NCBI GenBank assembly: GCA_963804995.1
Contig: CAWDSK010000001.1
Span: 96,001 to 160,000 of the forward strand
Reading direction: 5' to 3'
From: an uncultured Acidobacteriota bacterium
GTDB lineage: Bacteria > Acidobacteriota > Terriglobia > UBA7540
Length of the DNA stretch: 64,000 nt
Positions 51,645 to 63,018 of this stretch are shown piece by piece. A program made the position numbers and the translations under genes. Within the stretch, counting starts at the first letter, position 1, and each line of letters starts with the position of its first letter. Below the pieces are notes generated by a model. It did no database searches. It saw nothing but the letters and a program-made list of their open reading frames with translations, and was not told where the DNA came from.

Positions 51645-52688
51645 ATGGAAAAGCAGCAGTTGGCCACCAACAGTCCGGCCTTAAACAAGAACGACTTGAT
51701 TGTCATCGCAGGAGCGGGCGGGTTTATTGCCGGCTCCCTCACGCGGTATTTCCACGAGCGTGGATTCACCCGGATTCGCGCCGTTGATAAGAAGCCCTTA
51801 CGCGAGTGGTATCAACATGTGCCGGGTGTGGAGAGCCTGTGCCTGGATCTGAGCGTGGAGAAGAACTGTGTTCGCGCCTGCGAAGGCGCTGTGGAAGTTT
51901 ACAACCTCGCCGCTGATATGGGTGGCATGGGCTTTATCGAGCGGTTCCGCATCGAGTGCTTGCGGAGCGTGTTGATTAATACCCACCTGATTGAGGCGGC
52001 TTGTCGCGCCGGGGCTGAGCGTTATTTCTATTCCTCCTCGGCTTGCGCTTACAACACGGAGCTGCAAAAGGATCCGAACGTTCGGGCGCTGAAGGAGTCG
52101 GATGCCTACCCGGCCATGGCTGAACGCGGCTACGGGTGGGAAAAGCTCTTCTCCGAAATGGTCTGCCAGGAATATTGGGCAGAGCGTGGAATGAAGACCT
52201 TCATGGCGCGCTTCCACAACGTCTACGGTCCGCACGGCACCTGGGACGGGGGCCGGGAGAAAGCGCCGGCGGCGCTTTGCCGCAAGGTGATCGAGGCCAA
52301 GGACAAAGGGCAAAAGGAAATCATGATCTGGGGTGATGGCACCGCCACCCGCAGTTTCATGTATATCGACAACTGCCTGAAGGGCATCGACATGATCACC
52401 CACTTCGAGGGCCTGATTGCCACGCCCATCAACTTGGGCTCCAGCGAGTTGGTCAGTGTTAACGAATTGGTGGACATTGTAGAGGATATCAGCGGGACCA
52501 AGCTTCACCGCAACTACGATCTCACCGCGCCGCGTGGCGTGGCCGGCCGCAACAGCGACAACACCATGATTCAGAGCATCCTCCATTGGGAACCGCGCAC
52601 CCCGCTGCGGGAGGGAATGGCCAAAACCTACGCCTGGATCGAGCAGCAGTACGCGGACCGCAAAGCCGGCAAGCGGACGGTCAACTAG
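51645..52688 (+). CDS. NAD-dependent epimerase (GDP-mannose 3,5-epimerase-like)
   Basis: [44 protein letters not shown]. Confidence 0.9.
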   Translation: MEKQQLATNSPALNKNDLIVIAGAGGFIAGSLTRYFHERGFTRIRAVDKKPLREWYQHVPGVESLCLDLSVEKNCVRACEGAVEVYNLAADMGGMGFIERFRIECLRSVLINTHLIEAACRAGAERYFYSSSACAYNTELQKDPNVRALKESDAYPAMAERGYGWEKLFSEMVCQEYWAERGMKTFMARFHNVYGPHGTWDGGREKAPAALCRKVIEAKDKGQKEIMIWGDGTATRSFMYIDNCLKGIDMITHFEGLIATPINLGSSELVSVNELVDIVEDISGTKLHRNYDLTAPRGVAGRNSDNTMIQSILHWEPRTPLREGMAKTYAWIEQQYADRKAGKRTVN

Positions 52689-52720
52689 CACTGGGCATGA
52701 CCTCCGGCGGGGGAAACCCT

Positions 52721-53680
52721 ATGGCGAAGAATTTCAAAGACCTTTCGGAGCGGGAAATCCTGGCCTTGGCCATCACGCTGGAGGAAGAAGACTCCCGGGT
52801 CTACAGTGACTTTGCCGATGGGCTGCGCGAATCCTATCCCGCCACGGCTAAGATGTTTGAGGAGATGCAGGCAGAGGAATCCGGACACCGGCGCAGCTTG
52901 ATTGAAACTTTCCGCGAGCGTTTCGGCGAACACATTCCGCTCATCCGCCGGCAGGACGTTAAAGGGTTCGTCAACCACAAGCCGGTTTGGCTGGTGCGGC
53001 CGTTGGGAATTGACACGGTGCGCAAGCAGGCGGAAATCATGGAACTCGAGACGCGGCGCTTTTACGAACACGCCATTGAGAAGGTGACCGACGCGTCGGT
53101 GCGCAAGTTGCTGGGCGACCTCGCCGAAGTGGAGCGCAAGCATTCGGCGATGGCCGAGTCTCTGGAAGAAAAGCTCCTGACGCCGGAGACACGCAGCCAG
53201 GAAGAGGCCGCGAGTCGGCGCTTGTTTGTTTTGCAGATTATCCAGCCGGGTCTGGCCGGGCTGATGGATGGCTCGGTGTCCACGCTGGCCCCGGTCTTCG
53301 CAGCGGCTTTCGCAACGCGCAGCAGCCCCGACGCCTTTCTGGTCGGCCTGGCGGCTTCAGTGGGAGCAGGCATCTCGATGGGTTTCGCCGAAGCCTTGTC
53401 CGACGATGGCTCGCTCACCGGACGCGGGCATCCCTGGGTACGCGGAGCGGTTTGCGGGTTAATGACCGCGGCCGGAGGCATTGGCCACACCCTGCCGTTT
53501 CTGATCCGGGATTTCCGCCTCGCCATGACCGCTGCAGTCGTCGTCGTGGCGGTGGAACTTGGGGCCATCAGTTACATCCGGCACCGTTACATGGACACGC
53601 CCTTTCTTTCCGCGGCGTTTCAGGTGATGGTGGGCGGTGTGCTGGTTTTTCTAACGGGAATTCTGATTGGGAGTTCGTGA
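52721..53680 (+). CDS. mbfA: Rubrerythrin-VIT1 fusion iron exporter
   Basis: Ferritin-like EE..H domain fused to [32 protein letters not shown]. Confidence 0.9.
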   Translation: MAKNFKDLSEREILALAITLEEEDSRVYSDFADGLRESYPATAKMFEEMQAEESGHRRSLIETFRERFGEHIPLIRRQDVKGFVNHKPVWLVRPLGIDTVRKQAEIMELETRRFYEHAIEKVTDASVRKLLGDLAEVERKHSAMAESLEEKLLTPETRSQEEAASRRLFVLQIIQPGLAGLMDGSVSTLAPVFAAAFATRSSPDAFLVGLAASVGAGISMGFAEALSDDGSLTGRGHPWVRGAVCGLMTAAGGIGHTLPFLIRDFRLAMTAAVVVVAVELGAISYIRHRYMDTPFLSAAFQVMVGGVLVFLTGILIGSS

Positions 53681-53725
53681 GGCTGCCGGTGCCTCCGCGA
53701 GCAACCCCGAAAGGACAAGCAACTC

Positions 53726-54187
53726 ATGCGACTCGTATTGGGTGCGGATCACGCCGGGTACGAGATGAAACAGGAATTGGCAGAATACCTACGTGGCTTG
53801 GGCCATGAGGTCGTAGACGTTGGCACCAACAGCACCGTGGCGGTGGATTACCCGGATTACGCACAGGCAGTCGGAGATGCGGTGCTGGACGGTCGCGCCG
53901 AGCGCGGCGTGCTGATTTGTGGGAGCGGCGTGGGCGCGTGCGTAGCAGTAAATAAGATCCCGGGTATCCGCGCCGGCCTCTGCCACGACACCTACTCTGC
54001 GCACCAGGGAGTCGAACACGACGACATGAATGTACTGGTGCTGGGTTCCCGTGTCATCGGGCCGGAATTGGCCAAGGAACTTGTTCGAGATTACCTGCGC
54101 GCTACCTTTTCCGGTGAGGAACGCCACGTCCGGCGGCTGGGAAAAGTTAAAGCGATCGAGGCCCGCTACTTACACAGCGTCCGTTGA
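53726..54187 (+). CDS. rpiB: Ribose-5-phosphate isomerase B
   Basis: GADHAG, DYPD, CGSG.G, NK..GIRA, RH.RR. Confidence 0.95.
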   Translation: MRLVLGADHAGYEMKQELAEYLRGLGHEVVDVGTNSTVAVDYPDYAQAVGDAVLDGRAERGVLICGSGVGACVAVNKIPGIRAGLCHDTYSAHQGVEHDDMNVLVLGSRVIGPELAKELVRDYLRATFSGEERHVRRLGKVKAIEARYLHSVR

Positions 54188-54223
54188 AGACGACGCGTGA
54201 CTTCCGCGGGCCTTGGAGAAATT

Positions 54224-54625
54224 ATGAGTACGCCCCTCGAAACTCCGGATCAACAAGAAATTTGGCGGATCCTCCACCTCCTCAACCAGGCGTGGGTGAG
54301 CGGCAGCCCAGCGCAGATGACCAACCTTCTCCACCCTGACGTGGTGTTTGTGACCCCGGACTTCCAGAAGAGAATTCAAGGGCGAGAAGCCTGCATTGCG
54401 AGCTACCAGGATTTTTGCAACCGGGCGAAGATCCAAAGTTTCAGCAAATCCCAGCCCGCCATCGATGTGTGCGGCAACACTGCTGTGGTGATCTATCATT
54501 TCGAAATACGCTATGAAATCAAACAACAGGCTTTTCACGAGACAGGACGAGACCTGTTTGTCTTTGCCCGCGAGGGCGGCGAGTGGAAAGCCGTCTGGCG
54601 GACAATTCTGGGCATAGACAAGTGA
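54224..54625 (+). CDS. NTF2-like (DUF4440/SnoaL) protein
   Basis: LNQAW..LLHPDVV..GRE..GNTAVV..FAREGGEWK. Confidence 0.75.
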   Translation: MSTPLETPDQQEIWRILHLLNQAWVSGSPAQMTNLLHPDVVFVTPDFQKRIQGREACIASYQDFCNRAKIQSFSKSQPAIDVCGNTAVVIYHFEIRYEIKQQAFHETGRDLFVFAREGGEWKAVWRTILGIDK

Positions 54626-54702
54626 GTTGAATTTCCGGAATAGCCCTTGGGGAGTTTTCTCTCTTCTCCTGAGGGCATACCCGGATATGTGCGGAGGCGG
54701 TG

Positions 54703-55098
54703 ATGTCGAAGAAACCCGAATACACTCCCGAACATGCTCGGGGAGGCGTCGGTGTCGAACTGCCTGAGATCGAGACCTGGCCGAACCAATACGTCGGGTA
54801 CGAGATCACCATCACCATTCCTGAATACACCTCCATCTGCCCGCGCACCGGTCTGCCGGATTTCGGAACGATCACCATCCATTACCTTCCCAACAAGCTG
54901 TGCCTGGAACTGAAATCGCTGAAATACTACATCCTTGCCTATCGCAATCTCGGGATCTTTTACGAAAACGCCGTCAACCGGATTCTGGATGACGTGGGGC
55001 ACGCGTGCCATCCAAAGTGGGCAGTCGTGAAAGGCGAGTTCACCACGCGCGGCGGCATGCACACCATGGTAGAGGCCCGTTACCCGCGCAGGAAATAA
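54703..55098 (+). CDS. queF: 7-cyano-7-deazaguanine reductase, type I
   Basis: EYTSICPRTGLPDFG, ELKSLKYY, RGG. Confidence 0.92.
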   Translation: MSKKPEYTPEHARGGVGVELPEIETWPNQYVGYEITITIPEYTSICPRTGLPDFGTITIHYLPNKLCLELKSLKYYILAYRNLGIFYENAVNRILDDVGHACHPKWAVVKGEFTTRGGMHTMVEARYPRRK

Positions 55099-55225
55099 CG
55101 GCGATCCTAAATCCAGCTTATTCATATCGCGGTCGATGCGATTGGGAGTGATCTGAACCGCTGGCGGCCTGCGACCTCCCCCAACTTGTGTTACTCTACA
55201 CGGCCCGACCTCGCTTATGTAACCG

Positions 55226-57007
55226 ATGAAGACTTGCCCCACGTGTCACTCAATCTATCCCACCCATTTTGCGGTCTGCCCGCGTGACGCCGCACCGCTC
55301 ATCGAAGCCGAGGGCTGGGCAGAGGGCACGGTCGTGCGGGGAAAGTATCGCATCCTCGGCAAGATCGGCCAGGGTGGCATGGGCGCCGTATACAAAGCCC
55401 TCCACGTGAAGTTCGACCAGTTACGCGCCCTCAAGGTCATGAGCCGGGATTTGGCCGCCGACCCGGATTTCGTAAAGCGCTTCGAGCGCAAAGCCGTCCT
55501 CATGAGCAAGCTGCAGCATCCCAACGTGGTGCGCGTGGACGACATTGACGAATCAGAAGATGGCTGCCCGTTCATCGTCATGGAATTCGTTGAGGGCCGA
55601 AGCCTGCGGCAAGTTGTCCAGCAGGAGGGCCCGCTCGTGCCGCTGCGTGTTTGCGCGATCGCCAGGCAGGCAGCATCGGGGCTTGAGGCAGCTCACCTTC
55701 TCGGGATGGTGCATCGCGACGTTAAACCCGAAAACATTGTGCTGCTTGACTCCTCCGAGGGCGAGAGGGCCAAGGTCCTGGACTTTGGCATCGCCAAACT
55801 CAAGGAGGCTCGCGCCGGCGAAGGGCTGCGCACGTCGACGGGGGTCATCATCGGCACGCCGCAGTATCTGTCGCCCGAACAGGCCATGGGGAAACGCAGC
55901 GAAGAATTGGACGGCCGCTCGGACCTCTATTCCCTCGGCCTGGTCATGTATCAGATGCTCACGCGCGAGTTGCCTTTTCAAGCTGACTCCGCCGTGGGCT
56001 GGATGTTGGCACGGCTCAATGAACCACCTCGACCGATTCAGTTGGCACGCCCGGATTTGGCTATCCCCGAAGGGCTTGCCGCCTTGGTAATGCGCTGCCT
56101 GGAAAAAGACCGGGACTTGCGGCCAGCCAGTGCTCGGGAGTTAATTGGCGAGATCGAGCGCGTGGAACTGGAAATCCACAAACCCGCCAAACCGGTGCCG
56201 CATCCTCGGCCCACCGTACCAGCTCCAATCCCGCCGCGCCCCGAGTCTGCTAAGGTTGTGAAGCCTTCGCCTGAAACGGCTCCAAGGGCAATCTCAACAT
56301 CACGATGGGCACGAGGCTGGAGATTCTGGGTCGGGCTCACGGCTATCGTGCTCGCGCCCGTAGTCCTGTGGCCGGTTCTTGATCTCACACCCTACACAAG
56401 CCCGCGGGAGTCATTCCCCGCCTACGTGGTGGCTTTAATCGCCCTCATCGGTGGCGGCGGCTGGTGTCTCCTGACGCGCCTGCACTGGGCATTCCGCTTG
56501 ACCGCCTTACTTCCGCTCGGATTATTCGCGTTGGTCCTTTCGGCACGGGTCTCCAATATCTACACTTTGAATAATTCTCCCGGGAGTTTCCGGCCGACGG
56601 ATCCCGCCAGGATTTACCCCATCGCAGAGTTGAAGCAGACCAACCGCAGCCCCATCGAGACTCTGCCAGCTACTCGTGGAGTTGACCAGACCGGACAGGC
56701 CAGTTTCAAACTCGTCTTACAGAACATTTCCACTGACGCCCTGGTGACGGACTGGAAAGCCGACGTGCTTTACTTCGACGACCAAGGGAAATTCCTGAGC
56801 GAATCCTCACCCGTAAATCAAACGCCGATACCAATGGAACCCGGAAAGTCGTACCCTCTGCAGCTCACGGGTGGTGATCTGGGCAAAGCAAAGACGGTCA
56901 AGATGGTCTTCAAAGAGGTGGACTACGATGTAAGGGGGACCGAAGAAAAGGGCCCCTGGATCAATCCTCACTTTCAGGAGGATATCGAGAAAGCCAAGCA
57001 ACCCTGA
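55226..57007 (+). CDS. Hanks-type Ser/Thr kinase with TM segments and a C-terminal domain
   Basis: N-terminal CxxC; GQGGMG, ALK, HRDVKPEN, DFG, GTPQYLSPE, DLYSLG; Pro-rich linker; three TM segments. Confidence 0.9.
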   Translation: MKTCPTCHSIYPTHFAVCPRDAAPLIEAEGWAEGTVVRGKYRILGKIGQGGMGAVYKALHVKFDQLRALKVMSRDLAADPDFVKRFERKAVLMSKLQHPNVVRVDDIDESEDGCPFIVMEFVEGRSLRQVVQQEGPLVPLRVCAIARQAASGLEAAHLLGMVHRDVKPENIVLLDSSEGERAKVLDFGIAKLKEARAGEGLRTSTGVIIGTPQYLSPEQAMGKRSEELDGRSDLYSLGLVMYQMLTRELPFQADSAVGWMLARLNEPPRPIQLARPDLAIPEGLAALVMRCLEKDRDLRPASARELIGEIERVELEIHKPAKPVPHPRPTVPAPIPPRPESAKVVKPSPETAPRAISTSRWARGWRFWVGLTAIVLAPVVLWPVLDLTPYTSPRESFPAYVVALIALIGGGGWCLLTRLHWAFRLTALLPLGLFALVLSARVSNIYTLNNSPGSFRPTDPARIYPIAELKQTNRSPIETLPATRGVDQTGQASFKLVLQNISTDALVTDWKADVLYFDDQGKFLSESSPVNQTPIPMEPGKSYPLQLTGGDLGKAKTVKMVFKEVDYDVRGTEEKGPWINPHFQEDIEKAKQP

Positions 57008-57080
57008 GTCGGGGGAGCCGTAGCCGAGTTCTCACATCACCACCCGAAGGCCGGTCGGGAAGAGCGGTCGCCAGAACCGA

Positions 57081-57608
57081 TCACGAATTCTGGATGTCCT
57101 CCAAGCCATCCTGCCACAGGTCAGCGGTCATTTGCGGCGTTTCAATGGGGATCGCCCGGCCCTTGATTGACTCCTGAAGCGCCACGCTGTATTTCACACG
57201 GGTCTTCGGCGCGAACGGATCGCACAGCTCGGTGGCGATTTGGCGGAAGGCCGCGGAGAGATCGTATTCGTCCCCCGGTTCCGGATTAATGGGCGTCCCG
57301 GCGGCGACTCCTGCATCGGCGCGCGCCGCGTGGCCATCGTCTCGCACGGCGTTGACTTCTACGCGATCGAGCTTTGACATGGCGGGTCCCTTGCACATCA
57401 CGCGCAGCTTGGGGAAGTCGGTTTTGGCTCCGGGATGCCGCGCCAGCTTCACCACCGTCTGAATCCGCGTGGTAACGGTGCGGGTCTTTGCGGGAGGTTG
57501 CTCGTCCGAATTGTCTCGCATCCCTCTCCGCTTCATAACCAGTATGGTGAGGACCGCTATAACACCGAGCATGATGATCAACTGCATGTTGTGGTCGTGT
57601 GGGTTCAT
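57081..57608 (-). CDS. Hypothetical protein with an N-terminal membrane anchor
   Basis: Hydrophobic helix followed by KRR; fills the gap between genes. Confidence 0.55.
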   Translation of the reverse strand: MNPHDHNMQLIIMLGVIAVLTILVMKRRGMRDNSDEQPPAKTRTVTTRIQTVVKLARHPGAKTDFPKLRVMCKGPAMSKLDRVEVNAVRDDGHAARADAGVAAGTPINPEPGDEYDLSAAFRQIATELCDPFAPKTRVKYSVALQESIKGRAIPIETPQMTADLWQDGLEDIQNS

Positions 57609-57822
57609 GCGCGCAGTCTAGCAACCGCAGGCAAGCGATGCAAGGCAGTCGCGGTAGCTCTCCGCCCGCTTGTGGCGTGCTTTCGTGCCTCCCTCCAAGA
57701 TGACAGCACAATAAATCTTATTACGAGCTTATGACAGTTGTAATATCCCGGAAGCATTTCGCCTGCTAGACTTCCAATGATGGGCCGCAATTCTCTTAAA
57801 TAAATGCCCAAGGGAGGCTGCC

Positions 57823-60222
57823 ATGGGTACTTCGTCAAATCGTCCTGCGTCTTCTGAAATCCCCGCCAACATCCTTTCTCAGGAGGAGGCCCGCAAGATG
57901 CACGCTTACTGGCGGGCGGCGAATTATCTTTCGGTCGGGCAGATTTACCTGATGGACAACCCTCTGCTGAAGACCCCGCTCAGAATCGAACACGTCAAGC
58001 CGCGCCTTTTGGGCCATTGGGGAACGACGCCGGGCCTGAACTTCATCTATGTGCATCTGAACCGGGTCATCCGGAAGTATGACCTGAATATGATTTACAT
58101 TGCCGGTCCCGGGCACGGCGGGCCGGGCCTGGTGGCGAACACATATCTGGAGGGCACCTACAGCGAGGTCTACCCGAACATCCCGCAAAGCGCCGCGGGC
58201 ATCCAGCGGCTGTTCAAACAGTTCTCGTTTCCGGGCGGCATCCCCAGCCACGTGGCGCCGGAGACTCCCGGCTCGATTCACGAGGGCGGGGAGCTGGGCT
58301 ATTCGGTTGCGCACGCTTACGGCGCGGTATTTGACAACCCGGACCTGATTGCCGCCTGCGTGGTGGGTGACGGCGAAGCGGAAACGGGTCCGCTCGCAGC
58401 CAGTTGGCATTCCAACAAGTTCCTGAACCCCGCGCGCGACGGCGCCGTCCTGCCCATTCTGCATCTGAACGGATACAAGATCGCAAACCCCACGGTGCTG
58501 GCTCGCATCGGGAACCAGGAGCTGGCGGAACTTTTCCGCGGCTACGGCTACCACCCGTTTTTCGTGGAAGGCGACGAGCCCGGGAAGATGCACCAACTCA
58601 TGGCCGGAACGCTGGAGGCGGTGCTGGCGGAGATTCGATCCCTTCAGCAGGACGCGCGCTCGAAGGGTTTCCGCACCCGGCCACGCTGGCCGATGATCAT
58701 CCTGCGAACGCCCAAAGGCTGGACGGGGCCGAAGACCGTGGACGGCAAACCGGTGGAAGGCTCCTTCCGTTCGCACCAAGTGCCGCTGGCGGATCTGCCC
58801 ACTCACCCCGACCGGTTGAAGATGCTGGAAGAGTGGATGAAGAGCTACAAATCCGAAGAGCTCTTCGACCCGGACGGCAAGCTGCTGCCGGAACTTGCTG
58901 AACTTGCGCCGCAGGGCTCCCGCCGCATGGGCGCCAATCCCCACGCGAACGGCGGCTTGCTGCTGCGTGACCTCATCATGCCGGACTTCTGCGACTATGC
59001 CGTGGAGGTCTCGAAACCTGGCCGCGTGGAAGCCGAGGCGACGCGCGTCATGGGAGTTTTTCTGCGGGATGTGATGAAGCTGAACGCCGAGAGCCGCAAT
59101 TTCCGGGTCGTGGGCCCGGATGAAACCGCCTCCAATCGCCTGGGCGCGCTGCTGGAAGTCACTAACCGCGTTTGGACGGCGGAAATCCTGCCTACGGACG
59201 ACCACCTGTCCCCCGACGGCCGCGTCATGGAAGTGCTGAGCGAGCATCTGTGCCAGGGCTGGCTGGAAGGTTACCTGCTCACCGGGCGGCACGGCCTTTT
59301 CTCCTGTTACGAGGCATTCATACACATCATCGATTCCATGTTCAACCAGCACGCCAAGTGGCTGAAGGTGACACGGCACATCCCCTGGCGGCGGCCCATC
59401 GCCTCGCTGAACTATCTGCTCACCTCGCACGTCTGGCGGCAGGACCACAACGGCTTCAGCCATCAGGACCCGGGGTTCATTGACCACGTCGTGAACAAGA
59501 AGGCGGATATCGTGCGTGTCTATCTGCCCCCCGATGCCAATACGCTGCTCTCGGTCACGGACCACTGCCTGCGCAGCCGCCATTACGTTAACGTGATCGT
59601 GGCGGGCAAGCAGCCGGCCTTGCAGTGGCTCTCCATGGACGCCGCCATCGCCCACTGCACGGCGGGCATCGGCATCTGGGATTGGGCCTCGAACGACGAA
59701 GGCTCGGAACCAGACGTGGTAATGGCCTGCGCGGGCGACGTTCCTACGCTCGAAACGCTGGCCGCAGTGGCCCAACTGCGCCACGACATTCCGGACCTGA
59801 AAATTCGCGTCATCAACGCGGTCGACCTGATGACCTTGCAGCCCGCGAGCGAGCATCCGCACGGGCTTTCCGACCGCGACTTCGATTCGCTGTTCACTTC
59901 CGACAAGCCCATCGTCTTCGCGTTTCACGGCTACCCGTGGCTGATCCATCGGCTTACCTATCGACGCGCCAATCACGCGAACCTGCACGTGCGCGGCTAC
60001 AAGGAAGAAGGTACCACCACCACACCCTTCGATATGGCCGTGCTCAATGAGATCGACCGCTTCCACCTGGCCAGCAACGTCATCGACCGCGTGCCGCGCT
60101 TGCAGAACGTGGCCGCGCTCGCCAAACAGCGCCTGCGCCTTAAGCTGATCGAGCATAAACGGTACATCGAGCGCGTGGGCGAAGACATGCCGGAAATCCG
60201 CGATTGGAAATGGCCGCTTTAA
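57823..60222 (+). CDS. xfp: Phosphoketolase
   Basis: [58 protein letters not shown]. Confidence 0.97.
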   Translation: MGTSSNRPASSEIPANILSQEEARKMHAYWRAANYLSVGQIYLMDNPLLKTPLRIEHVKPRLLGHWGTTPGLNFIYVHLNRVIRKYDLNMIYIAGPGHGGPGLVANTYLEGTYSEVYPNIPQSAAGIQRLFKQFSFPGGIPSHVAPETPGSIHEGGELGYSVAHAYGAVFDNPDLIAACVVGDGEAETGPLAASWHSNKFLNPARDGAVLPILHLNGYKIANPTVLARIGNQELAELFRGYGYHPFFVEGDEPGKMHQLMAGTLEAVLAEIRSLQQDARSKGFRTRPRWPMIILRTPKGWTGPKTVDGKPVEGSFRSHQVPLADLPTHPDRLKMLEEWMKSYKSEELFDPDGKLLPELAELAPQGSRRMGANPHANGGLLLRDLIMPDFCDYAVEVSKPGRVEAEATRVMGVFLRDVMKLNAESRNFRVVGPDETASNRLGALLEVTNRVWTAEILPTDDHLSPDGRVMEVLSEHLCQGWLEGYLLTGRHGLFSCYEAFIHIIDSMFNQHAKWLKVTRHIPWRRPIASLNYLLTSHVWRQDHNGFSHQDPGFIDHVVNKKADIVRVYLPPDANTLLSVTDHCLRSRHYVNVIVAGKQPALQWLSMDAAIAHCTAGIGIWDWASNDEGSEPDVVMACAGDVPTLETLAAVAQLRHDIPDLKIRVINAVDLMTLQPASEHPHGLSDRDFDSLFTSDKPIVFAFHGYPWLIHRLTYRRANHANLHVRGYKEEGTTTTPFDMAVLNEIDRFHLASNVIDRVPRLQNVAALAKQRLRLKLIEHKRYIERVGEDMPEIRDWKWPL

Positions 60223-60239
60223 GGAATCGGGGCAACGCT

Positions 60240-60790
60240 TCATCGGATGATCGGGTGATCCGGCGATCGGGTGATTCGGCGATTGAGTCAGCGGGCCATG
60301 GATTGATTGGTAATATGAAATCTGCGATTTGTGATTTGCGATTCGAAACGTCAGCATTTGATTCATCTTCTCACCTGAGCCGGCCGATAACCGAAGCGGG
60401 GGAGTGTGGGCCGGCGGGGGCTAGCGATCGGTTGATCCGGAGATCGGGCGATCGTTTCATCAGCCCAAGGCGAAAATTCATAGCCCTCTCCGAGGGGAGA
60501 GGGTGGACCGCCGCCGGCGTTTTCACCAGCCGGGGCGGGACGGGTGAGGGGTCAAGCCGCTTGTCACGGGCCACTGAATTTGCCTCATCCCTGGCGTCGA
60601 ACCCGCCGATAACCGATATGGGGGAGTGTGTGCCGGCGGGGGCGAGCGATCGGGAGATCGGGTGATCGGGCCATCGGGTGATCGAATCTTTGGACAGGCG
60701 AATTGCTGCAAATCTCCGGTCGGCCGAATTGGGCTCATGTTCCTGTGCCATCCATCCGATTACCGATGTGGGTGAGTGTGTCACGGGCGC
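60240..60790. repeat. Composite repeat region: octamer and heptamer tracts plus ~55-bp direct repeats
   Basis: GATCGGGT-type octamers; TTTGCGA-type heptamers; CCGATAACCGA..GGGGGAGTGTG units near 60384, 60606 and 60756. Confidence 0.7.
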
Positions 60791-61059
60791 ATGGCATTCG
60801 GTCGGCGGCGTTGGTCGCTCGCGGCGGGTCCCCCGCGCGGGCCGTCGCGCTGCCCGGTCCTTGCAGTGACAACCGGTGGCCGAGGCAGGGGGCTGTGGCG
60901 GGTCGGTTGGGGCAGCGGACATCACCGCTTTTGACGCCCCGTACAACGCCTATTGCACCTTCCGGCCTCACCCCGTTCATCGCGTCACCTGCTCTTGCCA
61001 GCCCCGTCTCCGATGGAGGGTCCCTCTTTTCTCTTTCCTCCGCACTTTCAATAACCCCC

Positions 61060-61432
61060 TTTATTTTCATAAACATCGTGGGTTAGCGACTATAACTAGC
61101 TTATTTTTCATAAACATCGTGGCATTAGTCAAAATGTCACTTCCTTCTTTCTTTGTTTTCAACAACATCGTGGGTTTAACCTTCATTTTTAATTCCCCCT
61201 TTTTCCTCACCCCATTTGCAACAGAATCGATTAACTCTCCTTATTTCAATGAGATAGAATTTTGCCAACTTTCTTCTCCTCTTCGCTAACCCCTTTTGCT
61301 TTCTATAACATCGTGGCTTAGGGGCCTGAGTAAATTTCCGCAGATTGAATTAGTCTTGTTGTTTCAATGAGTTACATTTTGAGAGTTTTTGCTCCTCTTC
61401 GCTAACTCCTTTTGTTATCTGAAACATCGTGG
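61060..61432. repeat. AT-rich region with five AACATCGTGG direct repeats
   Basis: Exact 10-mers at 61072, 61113, 61164, 61307 and 61423. Confidence 0.8.
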
Positions 61433-62333
61433 GATAGGGTGGTGAGCCAACCGGCTGCCGACGGGACGGAATCGATCTCGATCCTATCGGGACGCTGCCC
61501 TTTGGCGAGGTAAACTCGCCGCTACGCCCTCCGTTTGACCCACCACCTTCCGCCCGTCTGCGATGCCCCATCGAGGGTGCGGGATTGCCCAGCTCCAGGC
61601 CGATTGGTGAGCTCAGGTTCGTGTCCCAACCCGCCGATAACCGGAAGTGTTCGGGGAGGGCTCTAAAGGTCGGCGCTGGTTCGCCCCGAATTTCCGCATA
61701 ACCTGTGCATTTTCGGCCAACAATCCCGTTCGATTGTCGTCGATTGTCACAAAACTCCGGAATTTTCTGCAAAAAGGTCGAACAATAGCCTGACAAATTG
61801 TCACCCTCTCCTGTGTTTTCATACACATCCCCGGAGGTTCCTTCATTTTTAACATCTCTACGGATCAGCGCTCCCTTCCCGGACGTTTGTCGGCGTGTTG
61901 GAGAGGCATGGCAGACCCCCGGTTTTGGCGCCCGTGGCTCTTGGGTAGAGACTTCCGCGTGGACACATCATGGCGCTAAGCCTCCTCACCTCCATTGTGC
62001 GCTTCATTGACTGGGCTATGTCAATAGGCAATGTACACATTTGGGCTACCGGTAGCCCAAAAATGAAATAAATCAATCAAATTGCCCGAACGGAGGGCAG
62101 GGGGAGGAGCGAAGGATGCAGAAGATGGAGTCAGGAATTAGAAGGCAGAAGGCGGAAAGCCGGAAGCAGCGAGCGCCGTTTGCACGGCAAATCCAGCGTA
62201 AGCAATCTGCGGCATAATTTCCTTGCTCTCTTCGTGCCTTGGTGTCTTGGTGGTTCAATTTGCTATTACCACCAAGTCACCAAGACACCAAGAAAGCAGG
62301 GGACGAAGGCACCGGCAGGAAAAACGAAGTGCT

Positions 62334-63005
62334 TTAGGGTTTTGGGTTCGGGGTTTCACCGAACTTTTCGTGATAGACAAGAGCTCGCAGGGGGAGCTTG
62401 GGGACGGGCGCCGACAGCGTTTCCTCGCGGAAGCCGATGGGAAGTAGCGCTGCCACCAGGAAGTTATCCGGGACATGGAAATGGGTCTTGATTTTGTGTT
62501 CGTCGAATTCGGTTACCCAGTAGGCCGAAAGGTTGCACTCAGACGCTGCCAGCAGCATTTGATGAATGGCCACGAAGGTATTGGCAAGGGCCGTCCGATT
62601 CGCGACCTCGGGAGACGCCGAGTAGTATTCGCGCAGCTTGCGCAGGGTTTCGTGGGCCTCACCCTCCGTGATTTTCCGGCTCGCGATCATTTCCTGGAGG
62701 TGTTGGGACGCCGACTTCCAGGCCAAGGTATCGGCCAGGCAGATCAAGATGACGGGGGCGGAGCTGATGGGCGCTTTGATATAGGTGACATCCTCGAGCA
62801 GCTTCTTGGCGGATTCGCTGCGCACCACAATCCAACGCCAGGGCTGGAAGTTCCACTCCGAGGGCGACAGGCGAGCGATCTCGATGACGTGCTCCAGACA
62901 CGACTCAGGGATATCCAGCGCGCTAAAGCGTGTGAAGATTGGTCCCACACGCAGCGCGGGTTTGGCTGCGGCACCCTTGTCGCCCGGGCTGTCATGGTCT
63001 TGCAT
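62334..63005 (-). CDS. Nitroreductase family protein
   Basis: ARLSPSEWNFQPWRWIVV; LLAA..L; LLPIGF. Confidence 0.88.
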   Translation of the reverse strand: MQDHDSPGDKGAAAKPALRVGPIFTRFSALDIPESCLEHVIEIARLSPSEWNFQPWRWIVVRSESAKKLLEDVTYIKAPISSAPVILICLADTLAWKSASQHLQEMIASRKITEGEAHETLRKLREYYSASPEVANRTALANTFVAIHQMLLAASECNLSAYWVTEFDEHKIKTHFHVPDNFLVAALLPIGFREETLSAPVPKLPLRALVYHEKFGETPNPKP

Positions 63006-63018
63006 AGGGTGACTCCAC

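Noticed and set aside
57835..60366. 843-aa minus-strand ORF
   Set aside because: Antisense shadow of xfp caused by GC-rich codon bias; no motifs.
61060..61432. Possible CRISPR array
   Set aside because: The repeat core is only 10 nt, spacing is irregular, and no cas genes are present.
60204..62258. Short ORFs between xfp and the nitroreductase
   Set aside because: Translations of repeat DNA with no recognisable domains.
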